A stretch of DNA of 64,000 nt from the human T2T-CHM13v2.0 reference genome, Homo sapiens: the NCBI RefSeq assembly GCF_009914755.1, contig NC_060944.1, one strand, 5' to 3'. Below, piece by piece: positions 41,271-59,721 of the stretch. The notes below the pieces were generated by a model. That model did not search any database. It saw only the letters and a list, made by a program, of their open reading frames with translations, and was not told where the DNA came from. The first letter of the stretch is position 1; the number at the start of each line of letters is the position of its first letter. The position numbers were made by a program, and so were the translations under genes.

Positions 41271-43237
41271 GGCAGGCAGCCATGTTGGCTCAAATGCTTC
41301 CCCCAGCAAGGCAGGAAGCCACTCCAGTGTCCTGCAAGAAACTTCATAGAAAAAAGGCTTCCATCCCCATATGTTGGGGGTCTGCATCAGGCCCTTCCTG
41401 GGCCCTGGAGCCTCCATGTGCACCTGAGTGGGAAGGGCTCTGGGAAGCCTAAGGCTGGGGAGGGCACCTGTTGACTTTGTTTAAATAGTGTTCTCAAGCC
41501 TACTTGACTGAGGAACCCCTTCCTCCAGAAACAAGGAATTACAGCCGGAAAGGCCTCTGGGAAGGCCACCTTCTCTGCCCTTCACTGCGGGGTGGGGCGT
41601 GTCCCTGAGCTACTGCACTCAGAGGAGCTGGGCCTGGCCCCGGGCAGGCAGCAAGCACTCCAGGAGAGGCTGTGGCTGCTGCCAGCTCTGTGAGCGGGAA
41701 ACTGGGGGGCCTTTCTCCCCTCTCCCCAGCCCCTCATTCCAACTGCTCTGGAGCTGTGGCCTGAGCCCCACCCTGGCCCTCTGCTCAGAAGGGCCTGTTC
41801 CCAGGCAGGTCTCAGTGCCCAGGAGTGGAGAGGGGGGCTGTGGAGACCAGGGGGATCATCCCAGGAAGAGTGGGTTTGCAAAGCTGCAGCAGCAAGGAAG
41901 CTGTGGGGTAAAAAGTTTATAAGAGGAACACTATTTTTTCTTTTGGCAGAATTTAATGGGTGCAGATTGTTCAGGTCCCAAAGACATGGGAAAAAAAAAA
42001 AAGAGAGAGAGAAAGAAAAAGCCCTTTGCTGCTGCTATTGATAACTTGTCTCGCTTCACGTGGTGGGTTCAAAACTAAAAATACTCTCCTCCCCACAGCA
42101 GAGAAGCCAGGGCTGTCACGTCGCAGAGGAGACTGGAGAGCTGCGGCGGGGAGGGGTCAGCTGCGGCCACGTGAGGGCCAGGCCCCTCTCTGACTGCCCA
42201 GGCTGCATCCACACAGAAGATTCCATGGCTTTCCATAAAAGAGAGTGGGAGAATGTCCTCTCTAAAGGCCTGGGGAGTGCCTGGGGAGAGGAGACAGCCT
42301 CAGCTGGGGCTCACCAGCCAGCAGCTGCCAGCCAGGCCAGCAATGCCAAGGCACCCGGCGTTCCTGGAAGCCAAGCCCTGTTTGATCTAATGGGGCAGCT
42401 GTGGGTGCAGACCCAGATAAAGAGATAAACCCAGACCCAGAAACCTGGGGGAGGAGGTAAGAGTGGAGCGGGGGAAAGGGCGGTGGGTCGTAGGCGGGAC
42501 TGGTGCTGCCAGGCCCTGGGCAAGCTGCTTCTGCTCTCTAAGCCTCAGTTTCCCCATCCAAAAGGTGGGAGCAACAACCTCTCTTCCGCCTCCTTCACCG
42601 TGAGAGGAAAGGAAGCGGGATGACATAGTTGTGGCTGGGACTGCTGGACCCCGCATGCCAGCCCTGGGAGGTATGTGGGTCATGAAATCCACCCACTGGT
42701 GACCTCCCCCATGGTGAGGGAGGGAGAGAGCTTCTCCCCTCCTTGGCTAAGAGGACAGAGGGAGGATCCTACAAATTCTGTCAGGAAGCAGAAATTTGGT
42801 CTGAGAGCAGTGAAGGTGGGAGCAGACACCCCCCAAATCACCTGCAGGATGAGCATTTCTCAGGCTCTAGAGAGCATGTGTGGGACACAGCCGCCAGCCC
42901 ACCTGGTGCGGGGGTCCAGCAGCCACAGCCATGGGAACTCCTGGGCCTGTTGTTCGTGTGCGGATCCTGGTCCGGGAGCCTGGATGCGGCTCTGCCTTGC
43001 CGACAAGCTCCTGGGCCAGGCCTGGTCCACCAGACCTCCCTATGCTTGGAGTGCCTGCTTGTTGTGCCTGGAGCTGTGCTGGGCCCTTCCTCATTGCAGG
43101 GCTGGGGGCGTCACTTAACCTGTCTGGGGCTCAGTCTTCTCATCTGTAAAGTGGGAATGATGGCACCTGGTACCCACTTGATTGGCTGTTGCAAACATGA
43201 AACCAGATGGGCCTGTAAATCACAGGGCACTCGGCCG

Positions 43238-43280
43238 CCATCACCATCATCATCATCAACATCATCATCCTCATCATCAT
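43238..43280. repeat. Imperfect (CAT)n microsatellite
   Basis: Directly visible. Confidence 0.85.
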
Positions 43281-44869
43281 GGCCCCAGCTCATCCATCTT
43301 TGTTGCCTTCTCCACCCCCATCTTCCATCCTTGGAGAACTGTGCCTCTTGAATTGGCCTCGTGACCTAGTAAAGATCATAACAAAGACGCCTAAGTTGGT
43401 CTCAAGGCACCCTCCTTACTACCCACCAACTGAGGGAGGATTCTCGCCTAGTCCCAGCAACTGGCCCCGGGGAGGAAGTACCCTTCCCAGTCCTGGCACG
43501 TCTCCAGCAGTGCTGGCTGACGGCAGACTACCCTTGAAGCTCAGTTACTGCATTTGTAGAGAGGGGTGAAACCCCTGCTCCAGCCCAGGGGCCATCTGAG
43601 ATCACACCCCCAACCCCAAGGCCAGGGTGGATCTCCCTGCTTGGCCCTGGGGTGGTCCCTGGGCAGATGAGAGGGTCCTTCTGCCTGAGCCTCTGAGGCT
43701 GCCCTCACTGCAGAGCTCGTGGTCAAGGGGTGGGTGGGCAGGTTGGATCCCCTCAAGGGCACAGGGGTTAGAGTCTTAGAGACTTAGGGTGAGGGACATG
43801 GAGAGTGATGGGTTTCTGGGACCCTGAGCTGGCCCTGGCAAGGCCCACAGGGAAAGCTGTGGAGCGCAGTCATCTCCGTGGCAACTGGCCTCATCGTCCT
43901 TGTCCTGGCTTGGGGGCCGCACGCCTTCCCTTCCCTTTCACCGGCTGGAGTCGCTTTCTTCAGAGGTAACCATGGCAACCCCTTTGTTTCTGAGGCCTGC
44001 CCGCCCTCCTCCCCGTTCTCTCTTCAGGAGAGGCTCAGCCAGCTCCTTCCTGGTCCCGGCACGTCTCTAGTGGCGCCGACTGACAGTGGCCCACCAGTGA
44101 GTGGGGCCAGCCCCTGGGGTGGGGGAGAACGGCCCTGCTGGGCCCAGAGATGTGGCCTGGGCCCCACCCCTGCCACAGAGGCCACGTTCATTGGCTCACT
44201 CATGCCCTGAAATTTATAGAGAGTACCCACGTCTGCCACGGGGCCACAGATGGGGCAAAGGCCTGTCCCTGCCTCCATGGCCCTGCTAGGGGCAGCCTGG
44301 AAGTGGGGAGACAAGGCCTGAGGAGGGGGTGCAGAGGCCCAACGGGGGCTGGCTTTGCTGCAGGATGCACTGCGGGGTCACGGGTCATCCGCCAGAGCTC
44401 TCAAGGCCACAGGAAGCCCAGGACTCTTGGCTTTACCTCAAATGGGCTGAAGCAGAAACAAGCATGTGGTTCACGTAACTGAAAAGTCAAGGAAAGGACC
44501 TGCTGAGGTGCAGCAGGGTCCACGTGACCCGGCCGTGGTTGCTCCGGCTTTCCTCTGGGCTGGCTTCATTCTCGTGCAGCCCTGTTCTCGGGTAGTGAGA
44601 TGTGGAAGACTGGCCCCTTCCCTCTCTCACCTAACCCAGCTCTGGAGAGGTCTGTGGGCAGATGGGAGAGTCATTTGACTTCAGCCTCCCCTCCGGTCTG
44701 AACTCTGACCCTACAGCAAAAGTCCCAGGACTGAGCCTCTTTGGCTAGAACTGGGTCACAGGCTGACCCCTAAACCAACTGCTGTGACTATGTAGCCAGC
44801 CTGGTTTATGCCACTCCACTCACCTCAAACCAGACCCATGACTTCAATGAGATGTTGACAGGGGAACCC

Positions 44870-44990
44870 TGGTTTGCAGATAAAACTGAGTGATCACAGA
44901 CTCAGAGAGGTTAATTAATTTGTCCAAATCCACACAGCTGGTAAAGAATGCAAGCTCCAGGTCTGATTCCAGAACTTCTGGGCTTAACCC
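44870..44990. mobile_element. MIR fragment
   Basis: ctcagagaggttaattaatttgtccaaatccacacagctggtaa resembles the MIR core. Confidence 0.6.
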
Positions 44991-45149
44991 TGGAGCCACT
45001 GTAGGTCAGTGGGAGTCCAAAGGGTTTTAAGTATGGTGGTGAAACGGTCGGGGATGCAGCTGGAGGGGTAAATTGGCGCTGGATTTTGGTTGGCGGTGAA
45101 TGGCATGCAAAGGAGGTGGACGATATTCAGGATTTGGTAGGACAGTGGA

Positions 45150-46300
45150 AGCAGCTACGCCCCAGCTATCGCACGGTCCCCAGCATTTGTAGGAAAAAGC
45201 CCCCAGGGCTTTGGGTAGCCTCGCAGGCCCGCACTGCCGCCAGGACGCAGTGCACCTGAGGGCGGAGCACCCACGCCCCGGGCCACCTGACTCACTGTTT
45301 GTCAACTCTGCTCTCTGCAGCCACGCCCTTTCCTCCTTGCCTCCCTCCCCTTTTGGCTCAGGGGCGGCATAACCCCGCCTCTCTCCTGCTGTGACTGGCT
45401 GTCCTTGCCGTCACTCCGCTGCGTGGGCGGGGCTCTGAGGGGGCACAGGTAGAGGCCCTTCGCGAAGGGATTAGCATAGTCCCACCCCCCGGCGCGAGCC
45501 TCGGGCCGGGCGCTGATTGGGCAGGCAGCGGCCGACGCGGCGGCGCCGGGCGCAGCGAGTGGCGGGCGCGGGCTGTCAGTCGGCGAGGCGGCGGGCCGCA
45601 CTTCCGCCTCGGTGTCAGTGGGTCGCGGGCCTACGGGGCGGGGGCGGGGCGGCAGTGAGCTCGGCCGGCAACCGAGGGACCCGCGTCCAGGTGAGTGGCC
45701 CCCGCCGCCGCCACGCGAAGGCCCGGGACCCCGGCGAGCTGCGGGGCCTGGGCCGCGGGCTGGGGCTGGAGCCGGGGCGGGGAGGGGAGGGCGGGCCGGG
45801 CAGGACCCGGGTCCGCAGGCCGCCTCCAGCCCCGGCCCCGGCCCCGGCCTCGACCCCCACTGGGAGGCGCGCCCGGCCTAGGCCGCAGCCTGGCGCCCCG
45901 GGGAAACTTTGGGAGGAAAGTTCCGGCCGGGCGTGGGGCCTGGGCCTGGGTCCCGCGGCCCCCGCACCCTTCCCCCTGCGGTCGCCCGGCAACTGCGATC
46001 CCGGGACCCCCGGCCCGGCCCCCCCGAGATCCCCAGCCCCCCTGCTGCCCCGCTGAGCAGGAAGTGGGGACGGGCGCACCTGCTCGCGGCCTCGCCCTCT
46101 CTCACCACCTCACCGGGAACAGGGAAGGATTTCGTGCGCATTTAGGGCGATCCTGTAGGTGAGGAGGGCGAGTTCCGCCGGGAAGAAGGGCAGGGAGACG
46201 CAGTCCCACTCCGACCCTGGCCTTCTTGTCCCGCAGGCCTGTGTGCACGTCGTCCCGGGGAGGGTGCCCGCGAGCCCTTGTCCGTTCCCCTGGGCTCTGT
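45150..46300. promoter_or_regulatory. OSBPL2: OSBPL2 CpG island promoter
   Basis: CpG-dense. Inverted CCAAT (ATTGG) at 45516-45520, ETS-like ACTTCCG near 45600, and GC boxes. Confidence 0.85.
45610..45690 (+). other. OSBPL2: OSBPL2 non-coding exon 1 (5' end approximate)
   Basis: Consensus donor CAG|GTGAGT at 45691 inside the CpG island, with no ATG in the exon. Confidence 0.75.
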
Positions 46301-46853
46301 TTTTGTTTTTAATTTATAAATCTTAGCAGACTACACACGGTTGAGAACTTGCTACCTAAAACCTATCTTTGGTAATGTAATTTTAAGAGGTTCCTTCTTT
46401 CGCCAGTTATATTTTGGTACTCAGAAGAATACGTCTTTAGACTTTCCAAGTTTATAAGCCCAGACCAAGACTGTTAGGTCGTCACAGCACCTCAGCCTCC
46501 CCGCTTCATGGGAGGACCGGCGACGAGGCAGTGGGTGTCGGGGTGTTGCAGGCTCTCCTGGGGTGAGGGTCACCTCCCAGGGGCGTTTCTATCTGAACCG
46601 TCCTCTAGGACAGGCCCTGGCCTAGCCTGGCTCCGGCAGCTTTGGGATGACTGCCCGGAACACCTGGAGAAGGGGTCCCATTCGGTTTGGTTGGATAGAC
46701 GTTTCTCGAATGCCTGCTGTGGGCCTGGCTGGGTGCTGTGCGGCCTTCCCACCAGCTGGATGTGTGGTGAGGACAGCGGAGAGTTGAGGAGCCCGGAACT
46801 GGTGCAGGGGCCACATGCTGGGAAGCCACGGCCGTCCCTGCTGCCCTTCCTAA

Positions 46854-47246
<393 letters not shown>

Positions 47247-47489
47247 TGAAATCATTTTCTACCACAGTCTCTGACACCTAGTGCGCACCCCGGAATGCCA
47301 GTTACCTTCCCCTTGTTGAGGACAGGAACTTTGTCGGTGGCACTTCCTCCCTGCCCAGCCCAGTGCCTGCCACAGTGTCGTCTTTTAGAATGTGGCAATG
47401 AGTGAGTGAGTGACTGAGTCTCCCTCATAGAATTTACCCTGTTTTCTTCATGTGTCCATCTATTAATGACAGCTCTTACCCCAGCAGAC

Positions 47490-47730
47490 GATAATATTTA
47501 ATAATGATTGTTCCAGGACTGTTACGAGCATGTCGTATTCACTTTCTTTGTGTGATCTTCACAACAGTCCACTGGGCAGGTACTGACATTATCCTTAGTT
47601 CATTCATGAGGAAGCTAAGGAACAGAGAGGTTAAGTAACTTACCTAAACCACACAGCAGTAAATTATGAAATATGGATTTGAACCCAGGCTCCAGGGTTC
47701 ACACTCTTAAACACTACCCTGTACTGCCTT
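47490..47730. mobile_element. MIR element
   Basis: atgaggaagctaaggaacagagaggttaagtaactt...ggatttgaacccagg is a MIR core. Confidence 0.75.
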
Positions 47731-48268
47731 TTAATATCAAGATTTTCATTTAACATTTTCGTTTAGAATATTCTAATCATGCTGCATTACTGTGTGTCAG
47801 AATTTCGGGATTTTGCTACATATAGAACTAATAGACTTTCTTTTTTGTGAGCCTGAGTGTTTACAAAGCCATTTCATTTTTTCTGAAATAAAGTAATTTA
47901 CCGTTTGACCATTCAGGATTTTGCCAGAATACCTTCCCTGCCACCCAGCTCCTTTGTTACTGGCAGATTCAGTGGTGGTCTCTGTGTGAAGAGGGAGGAC
48001 TGAGGGGCATGGGTGCTGACAGGCGTACAGTCCAGACTCTGAGGTCTCCGTTCTGAGTTCAGTTCCAGGGGACTTCACACACTGCCTTAGAGTACACACG
48101 TAGGACATTTTTCTTCCACGCCTCGAGTGCGTTGAGAGGGTCAGACTCTGCTGTGTTCCACATGTTAATGAGGGGTGCTGTTTGAATGTGAAAAAAATGC
48201 CACTTGACTTTCATCCCAGTGTCTCTCCTCTGTGCCGTCCAGGAGATGCCAGCAGATGGGTCTTGGAA

Positions 48269-48559
<291 letters not shown>

Positions 48560-50515
48560 TAGGTTCTTATGCTGTCTTCAAGCAGGGAAGCTGCCGTCTC
48601 CTCAAGGTGATTTCTTTAATGTCCCCATGCAAGCCATGTCTTGTCTGGCCGTGCAGGCGCAGCTGGCGCCGTGCCTTCCTGAGTCACAGCATCTTTGCGA
48701 AGGTGGTGCGCCAGACCAGGGCTCTTGGGTCCTGGGTGGGTTCCCACTGGCTCCTGCCTTCAGTGTCTTTGCCTGTAAGACGGATTACTATGTGGAATCT
48801 GTGAAAATATAACATCAAGTGTCTGATACGTTGTGGGTGCCTGGGCCGCCCTTGGCTCCAACACCTGCTGAAGCTGGAGCCTCTCAGCAGTGCAGCAGTC
48901 ACACCCTCAGGTGTCCCGGGATCTTTGGGTGTGGGCTGATTTTCTCCTAGTCATTGTCATACTTCCTGTTTGGGTGTTGACATTTCGTTTAGTGTTTAGC
49001 ACAGATTGTCAGGTACGAGGTTTAATTCCAATATGTAGTACATTTTCAGGTTGATTTATAACCTTATCTACACTGAAAGGAAGTCAGTATTTGAACATGA
49101 CTGATTATTAAAAAGGACCGAAGTCCTGAGTTAATATGGTGGGTTCTGGTTTGATAGTTTAAATGCACTTTCCACATATGCTAGTTGATTTGTAAATCTG
49201 CTGTCATTTTTGCTTTTTCAGAGTGTTCTTGCTAGTGAGTTTCAGGCATGGTGTCCCGGCCTCTCAGGCTGCTGGTTTGGGCTAGGGTCCCACTGTGGAA
49301 GCGTGGTGGTGTCCCGGCCCACCTCTGCAGCTCTTGATAATAAAAGCATCTGTTAAATAGCTCACAGCACTGTTTGCGTGAACTTTTTGGCACTTCTTTC
49401 CTTTTCCTTCCAGATTCAGAAAAGAACTTGGGATCATTCAGCAGAATGTCACAGCATCCACATTCTTTCCGCTGGAGCTTCTGCTGATGCAAATCCTGTG
49501 ACCTCTGAGTTGAGCTGAGTGGTGGAAGTGAGCTTTTATAAGGGACTGGATCTGAGACTCGTGCCTGATGTTTGTGGCTGTTTCTCTTTGCTTGCCTTCT
49601 GTTTTCAGTGGAACACTCGCTTGATGTATTTTGAGAAACAAACTCTGGGATCAGTCCTGTTGAGCTAGTGGCTGGCTCCATAGTTTGGGGCCTGAAGAGG
49701 TTCCCGCACCCTCAGGGCTTGTGGCGGTCATCAGGCCTCTCTCCTGGGTGTAAGGTGTGTACTTCTCACCTGCGCACTGAGGGCCTGGGGGCTGTGGCCC
49801 CGACGCTGAGGCAAGTCAGGGGTGGGAAGGGTCTGAGGGGCTCTTGGCTGAGCAGACACTGAGCACATTTCTTTATCAAAGGCGCTGGGACTGCAACCTT
49901 CAGGGGTGCCCAGAGAGCGCCTGTTGTGGGCTCATACGGGGAGTTCTTGGAGGAGCACCAGGCAGGGAGGACTGTAGTGTGTAGGGAGTTGTGTGGAGTT
50001 TTGGTTCCAGAAAAGACGGAGGCAGCTGTAGAGGAAGGAGGACTATGGTGTGGAAGTGAGTGCCTGTGCTTTGTACTGAATAAACCTAAGGCTGATCCAA
50101 GGCTGATCGTGAGAAAGAGCCCCCTGTAACCTGGGACCTTGTGCCACTGTGCTCGGCCAGAGAGCAACTTCCATTATTGCCTTAAAACTAGGGGGACTGT
50201 GATTCAGTGACATTTCGGTGACTCCGATAATGACGGCAGGTGTCAGGTGCGCACAGGGCGTGGGGCTACCCTCTTACTGTGAAAGAGGACACGGGCTGCA
50301 TCTGTGGTGGCGAGCTCCTGCGAGTGCCCTGGCTCTGGCTTGGCCTCTCTTGATGATGTAGCAGAGCTGGGAGTCTCGCTGTAATCATCACCCGTCTTCC
50401 AAGTAAGTCTCACCTGTGGGAAATGCTGGAACACCTGAGCGGAAGCAGAGCCAGGGCAGTGCCTGAGCTGGGGCCAGGGGAGGGGTCCCAGTGCAGAGGT
50501 GCCCGAGGAGCCCTA

Positions 50516-50572
50516 GCGCCTGCCCCGCAGCCCCTGCCCCGCAGCGCCTGCCCCGCAGCGCCTGCCCGGCAG
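50516..50572. repeat. 14-bp GC-rich tandem repeat, about 4 copies
   Basis: GCGCCTGCCCCGCA units. Confidence 0.8.
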
Positions 50573-52194
50573 CTCCGCCTCTTCAGTGGCTCGGCTGTCA
50601 GGGTAGAAGGCTCCTGGGTTAACATCATGGAGTTTTCACCCCTGCTTCTCATCAGAAAAGCTGGGGGAACTTTTTAAAAAGTGTGGGTTCAAGGCCCAGC
50701 CCCAGCTTCACTGAGCCTGGGTTTCCCCGGAGGGGCCCAGGAAGAGATGTGTTTAACAAGCTCGGGAGGGTCTGGGGTGGGTCCTCAGCGGGGAGTCCAA
50801 GTGCTGGAGGCCCACGGTGGGGTCAGGACCCTTTTTTAGATCAAGGACCCCTTTGAGAACTTCATGAATATGAATAATGTGGGTCATTATTCTGGGGAAA
50901 AAAATGAACGAAAAATTTTTTTTCCTGTTTTTTTAAATTTTTTAATTAAAAAAAAATTTTTTTTTGCAGAGGGTAGGGGGGTTAGAGATTGGTGGTTTTC
51001 CCTGACCTTGGTTTGAAGCCCTGCCTGTAGGTGCTCAGGAAGCACAGTTGGCAGCCACGTGGGCAGGTCTGATGTTAGGGTGACAGGTTTCTCAGCACAG
51101 TGGACCCCATTAGGGCTGCACAGGATGAAGATGGGCACGATGGTGAGGAGGGCCTGGAGCTGAGGCCACAGAGAAGGAGGCGGCCAGAGGGCAAGGACGC
51201 ACTCCAGCAAGCCAGCCACTCCTTGGCTGGGCAGGTGCCCTGGGGAAGGCCGGGAGCCCTGCAGGACAACAGCCTCTCACCTGGGTCACTCACTTCCCTT
51301 TGCTGTCTTAATTTTCCTCCCACTCCCTCACCGCGTCCTCCGCCTGCTGTGGCCCTTGCTGGGTTGTGAGATGTGGGTACAAGGTGTCTCCTTCTCCTCT
51401 AGCTGCAGCCGCAGGCTGGGCTCCTCTCGGGGCCGTTGGTTTTGATCATCAGAGATACACAGCGGCGGCGGGTCGGGGGCTGGCTGGACTGCTGCTGCCC
51501 TTGGAGTGCTCTCCCTGCCCTCCGGCATGGCTTTCTGAGAGCAGGGCGCCCGTGAGCTGTGGGGCATGCGCCCTGTCCATTGCCTTCCCACCCAGTCTCG
51601 TGGGCCGCATTGGAACAGCTTTTTATTGTGTTGCATAAGGAGAAGGTTGATTAAAACACATGTTTTTGTACGGAAGCGCTTGCATTCATCTTGTGTGTTT
51701 GGAAATACATCGTACTGCATTACAAGGTAATGTTCCTCGAGGTGCGTGGTGTATTTTTGGCAATTAATATTCCACAGGAAGCAGTTAAGTCAGCGACAAG
51801 ACTTGAGGGAGTTGACTGTGGTGAGTGGGGCGCTAGGCTCCGCTTCCGGGACGTCGGGCCACACTGGCCGCGAGGCCCAGTGGGAAGATTTGCCACTCCC
51901 CACAGCTGCTTCTTGGGACCAAGCCGGGCTCACCTTTGCCTGCCTCTCAAGGTCACCCTCTTGGCATGGAGAATGGTAAACAGTGGGGGTGCTGCTGTCT
52001 GCACAGTGGGAGAGGTTCACCTGCCTTTCTCAGTGTAGAAACTTCCTGCGTGAATTCTGGACTGATGCAGAGTCCTCATGTGCACCTGGCAAGTTTGCCT
52101 GGCTGGCACGCGTAGCACAGGGCCTTCCCGAGTCAGGGTTGAGCCATTCGTGTGTCCACGCTGGTGTCTTAGGATAAAGGGCTGAAATCTGTTC

Positions 52195-52486
52195 TTTTTT
52201 TTTTTTTTTGAGACGGTGTCTTGCCTCTGTCGCCCAGGCTGAAGTGCAGTGGCGCGATCTCGGCTCACTGCAACCTCCGCCTCATGGGTTCAAGTGATTC
52301 TTGTGCCTCAGCCTTCTGAGTAGCTGGGACTACAGGCATGTGCCACCTGTAATTTTTTTGTATTTTTAGTAGAGATGGGGTTTTGCCATGTTGCCCAGCT
52401 GGTCTTGAGCTCCTGACCTCAAGTGATCTGCCTGCCGTGGCCTCCCAAAGTGCTGGGATGACAGGCGTGAGCCACCGCGCCCGGCC
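52195..52486 (-). mobile_element. Alu
   Basis: Reverse-complement Alu flanked by tgaaa(t/c)ctgttctt. Confidence 0.88.
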
Positions 52487-54751
52487 TGAAACCTGTTCTT
52501 CAGCTAAGGCGTGTTACATTCTGTGTGGTGTTAGGGAGCTGGTTTGTGATGAGCCACGTAGAGCCCCACGCTAAGAAGAACCATACAGGCCTGAAGAAGG
52601 CGGAGAGGTTGTTCAGGTTAAAAAGCGCAGACCTAGAGCCAGCTGGTTCTGTGCTCAGAAGGGCTGTCTCCTGGAGCTTCTGATGCAGTTGGACTTAACC
52701 TTATTTGGCTAAAGGATCAAGAACCAGTGTTCAATAAAGGTCACTCTTGATTCCATCCCATTGCCACCAAAACACAGTGCATTTAAGGGCAAAGGCCTGA
52801 GCGGCCAGTCGTACGTGCCTCACTCGTGACGGGCTCCAGACGGTGACGAGGACAGACAGCCGTGCACATACCCCTTGTTAAAAAAGGTCATTGTTGTGAA
52901 TGGCATATGACTTGTTTATTTGGTTCTAAATTTATACAAAATCTGTAAAAATAACCGTTAAGCTTTTACAATGACAGGAATATTAAGGCTTGATTTTTTT
53001 CCTCGACAATTGGCAGAAGGCGTGTTTCAGTGAGCACAGACGGAGCAATCCAGGGAGGTCTGGGAAGGAGGAATGGGGCCTGGCCTGGCGGCGTCCTTGA
53101 CGGCCCTCCATCGTTGTGGGGTTGGTGTTTGAGAGGTAGCTGTGGCGCGGGGCCGGCTGCCATTCCCGCGTCTCCTCGCAGAGGCCTGGACCTGCGCCTG
53201 GGGCTGGCAAAGCCCTCAGCTCTCGCTGCTGCCGCCGCCTCCATCTTCCTCCACCCTCTGGTGGGGCTGGTCACAGGCAGGGCATGGTCCCATGATGGCT
53301 CAGCCCCATGGGGCCCCGGGACGCTGTGTCCAGGATGGGCGCCACTGCCGTGGGTGGCTGTTGAAGTGAAGTCAATTCAGCTGATTAGCATCCAGCATTC
53401 AGTTCTCCCTCACGTTTCAAGTGCTTGTAGCCACCTGTGGCCCATAGGGACGACACTGGACAGATGACATTTCCAGTGCCATGGGAGAGTCTAAGCTCAG
53501 CTCTGAAGCTGTGAAATGTTGAGTCTTTGTTTTAGTTAAGTTTTGTTTTTTTGCAAAAGAAACGAGATTGTGGCCTGGTGGCCAGCTAGGTGTCAGTGGG
53601 GTGAGGGCTTCTAGGCGTCCGGGTGATGCATGGGCTGAGTTTGCAAAGTGGATGTGTCAAGGCTGAAATGCTAGCTGAGAAGCATTGCCCACGCTAGGCT
53701 TGGACACGCAGGGAGGGATGAGGTGTCAGAGAGGCCCTGACTGGTCACTCCTGCCCCAGGGCTTAGAAGGTGCTGGGTGAAGAGAGCTGCGCCCCTGTCC
53801 CTCAGCCCCTGCCCCTCCCCCTCAGTGCCACACGGAGGTGCAGGCATCTCACACCAGGTTCTCCCTGGGTCCGTTCATGTCACAGCAGGCTTTGTCTTGC
53901 TGTCCATGATTTCATGTTCCCATCCTCCAGCCTTGATCCGGGAGACCTTTCTGTTCTTTAATTTCCACAGAGAGCTAATTCTGTCCTTAAACTTTGTGAC
54001 TCTGATGCTCGTAGGTGACACTTGTTTCCCTTCCTGGTGCTCTGGCAACCTCGCAGTGTCATGGTGGCATCTTTCCAAGCATTTGAGTGGCCAGGTTAGG
54101 CCCTGCCAGGTCGCCGACTGCTCTGGGGAAGGAGAAGTCCTGCAGGGATGTGACAGTGGCTTTGGTTTGCTCCTTGGCCGGCCCCAGCCTGACCTAGTTC
54201 TGCTCTGCACTGTGGTTGGGCTCACGTGTTAGCCTTGACCTTGAGCGGATGGCAGGTGCTCTTCAGTGCACGATGCTGCACCGGGAACTTCGCTTGGCCC
54301 TGGAAGCTGGTTTGATGTGCACGTCGGCTTGAGTGAGTGCAGGGATGGCTGAGCTTGCCTCTTGGCTTAGGCACTGAAGATCTTCCTGTGGGTCCTCTGG
54401 GGTCGCTTGCTCTGTGGTTGTGCTGGATGTGGCCTCTTGTGGAGCAGAACCAGGCCTGTGGAACCCATTCCCTGTGACTGCCCTGGCACCTTGGCTTATG
54501 ATTGCTGCCCCCACGCCGCAGCTGCCTCCCTGCGAAGCTCAGCGGGACCGCGGGGACTGAGGGACTGTAGCTCCCCGGCCATGCCTGACCGCAGTGTGAT
54601 CCCTACGGGAATGAGTTTGAAAGTCTCTGCCAGTGGCTTTGACCTGTCAGGAGGAGGAGCATTCTTTGACCTGTCAGGAGGAGGCAGGAGGAGGCAGGAG
54701 GAGGAGCATTCTTTCAAATGGAAGTAGTGTTGGATGGGGTCCTTAGGGTCC

Positions 54752-56977
<2,226 letters not shown>

Positions 56978-57729
56978 TGAGAAGTCCAGGGGTGGGCAGA
57001 TGGGAGGGAGGAAGGACTGAGGACCTGGCTGGGGCAGGCGCTCCTCGACCCCATGGGGCCATCTGTGCTTCCCAGCACACCCTGGTCCTCCTGTCTTTTC
57101 TCCCTGCCCCCAAGGCTCACTCTGAGCTCAGCTCCAGGGTTGCCCCCTTAGGAACTTGCCCAAGAAGGGCCCTCCTGGGAGCACCTTCGTGACCGGCTTC
57201 ATGAGGGCGGGACCACCACAGTTCCACCTCAAGGCCTGGCACCAGGTAGGCTCTCTGTGAGTGTTTGTTGAATGAATGAGTAGGATCATAGTTGTCTTGC
57301 ATAGTCATCTGTATAGTTGGGTAGTAGTATGGGCTCTGGATAAGGCCTCTTCATTTTTCTGGGCCTTGGTAAGTGTAGAAGGAGACACAGGGTGTGGTGC
57401 CTGTTATGGCAACTCCTTCAGGAGCGACCGGGAGGCTGTGTTGGAATTCACTGTCGCACATGCAGATGTGGGGGTCTGAGGGCACTGTGACCTCTGGGTG
57501 TCCCTTTGGTTGTTGACCGGAAAGCCCTCCCCAGGTGGGTCTTCAGTCTTGGTTGGACCACACGGCACAAACACACAGTAGCAGGCGACATCGGTGTCTC
57601 AGTTGTCCAGCTAAGCTTGTGTCTGGCATTTTAATCCTCATTTTAAAGATTTCCCATAAGCTGTGATTGATTTACCTTTGACATTAGACTTTTGTTATAG
57701 GCAGGGGAGCATTTTAAAAAAGGCTAGCG

Positions 57730-58045
57730 GGCCAGGTGCAGTGGCTCACATCTGGAGTCCCAGCACCTTGGGAGGCTGATTCGGGAGGATCACTTGAGTC
57801 CAGGAGTTCAGCACTAGTCTGGGCAAAATAGAGAGACCCTGTCCCTACAAGCAGTTTTTTAAACAATTAGCCGGGTATGATGGTGTACGCCTGTGGTCCC
57901 AGCTACTCAGGAGGCGGGGGTGGAAGGATGGCTTGGGTGCTGGAGGTCAAGGCTGCAGTGAGCGGCGATTGTGCCGCTGATGTCAGCCTAGATGACAGAG
58001 CAAGACCCTGTCTCCAAAAATAAATAAATAAATAAATAAATAAAC
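57730..58045 (+). mobile_element. AluJ-like, the only sense Alu seen in OSBPL2 intron 1
   Basis: Diverged dimer with a (TAAA)n tail. Confidence 0.85.
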
Positions 58046-58128
58046 AAGCAAAAGGGAGAATAAAATGGTTTCTAATTCTAACTTGCCTTCTATTCTGGGA
58101 GGCTTTTCACATAGTGCAGAGCAATAGA

Positions 58129-59276
<1,148 letters not shown>

Positions 59277-59721
59277 AGTATGTCTTTTTTTTAAAGACAG
59301 CTTTTTTGAGGTATAATTGGCATATAATCAATTGCACACATGTAACATGTACGATAGGTTTTGACACGCATGTGCACCCGTGAAAACATCACCATAATCA
59401 AGATGGTGAGAAGCCTTCCCTCTCCTTCTCTCTTTCTGTCTTTGTAATTGATTTGTTGGAGAGACTGGGTTGGTCGTGCATGGGTTTTGCTAACTGCACC
59501 CCCACGTTCGCAGGTAGTCGAACATGGTGTGCCCACGCCTAAGAAGTGGCTGCTCAGTCAAAGTCACGAGGTTTCCTTTCTCCTCCCGGGCGCCTCCTTT
59601 TTCAATGTGGTTGATTTTCTGCAGAGGCCAGCTCTGCTGGGCGAGGTGCCAGGGGTCCGGGTGCTGCTGCTGAGTCGCCGTGGTGTGGCCTCTGGTCTCT
59701 GTACTTCCCTAGGTTGGGAAG

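Noticed and set aside
28300-45100. Possible hidden gene or lncRNA between HRH3 and OSBPL2
   Set aside because: I found no coherent exon chain or recognisable protein. A lncRNA cannot be supported or excluded from sequence alone.
45302-46162. ORFs across the OSBPL2 CpG island
   Set aside because: GC-rich artefacts that cross the exon 1 donor.
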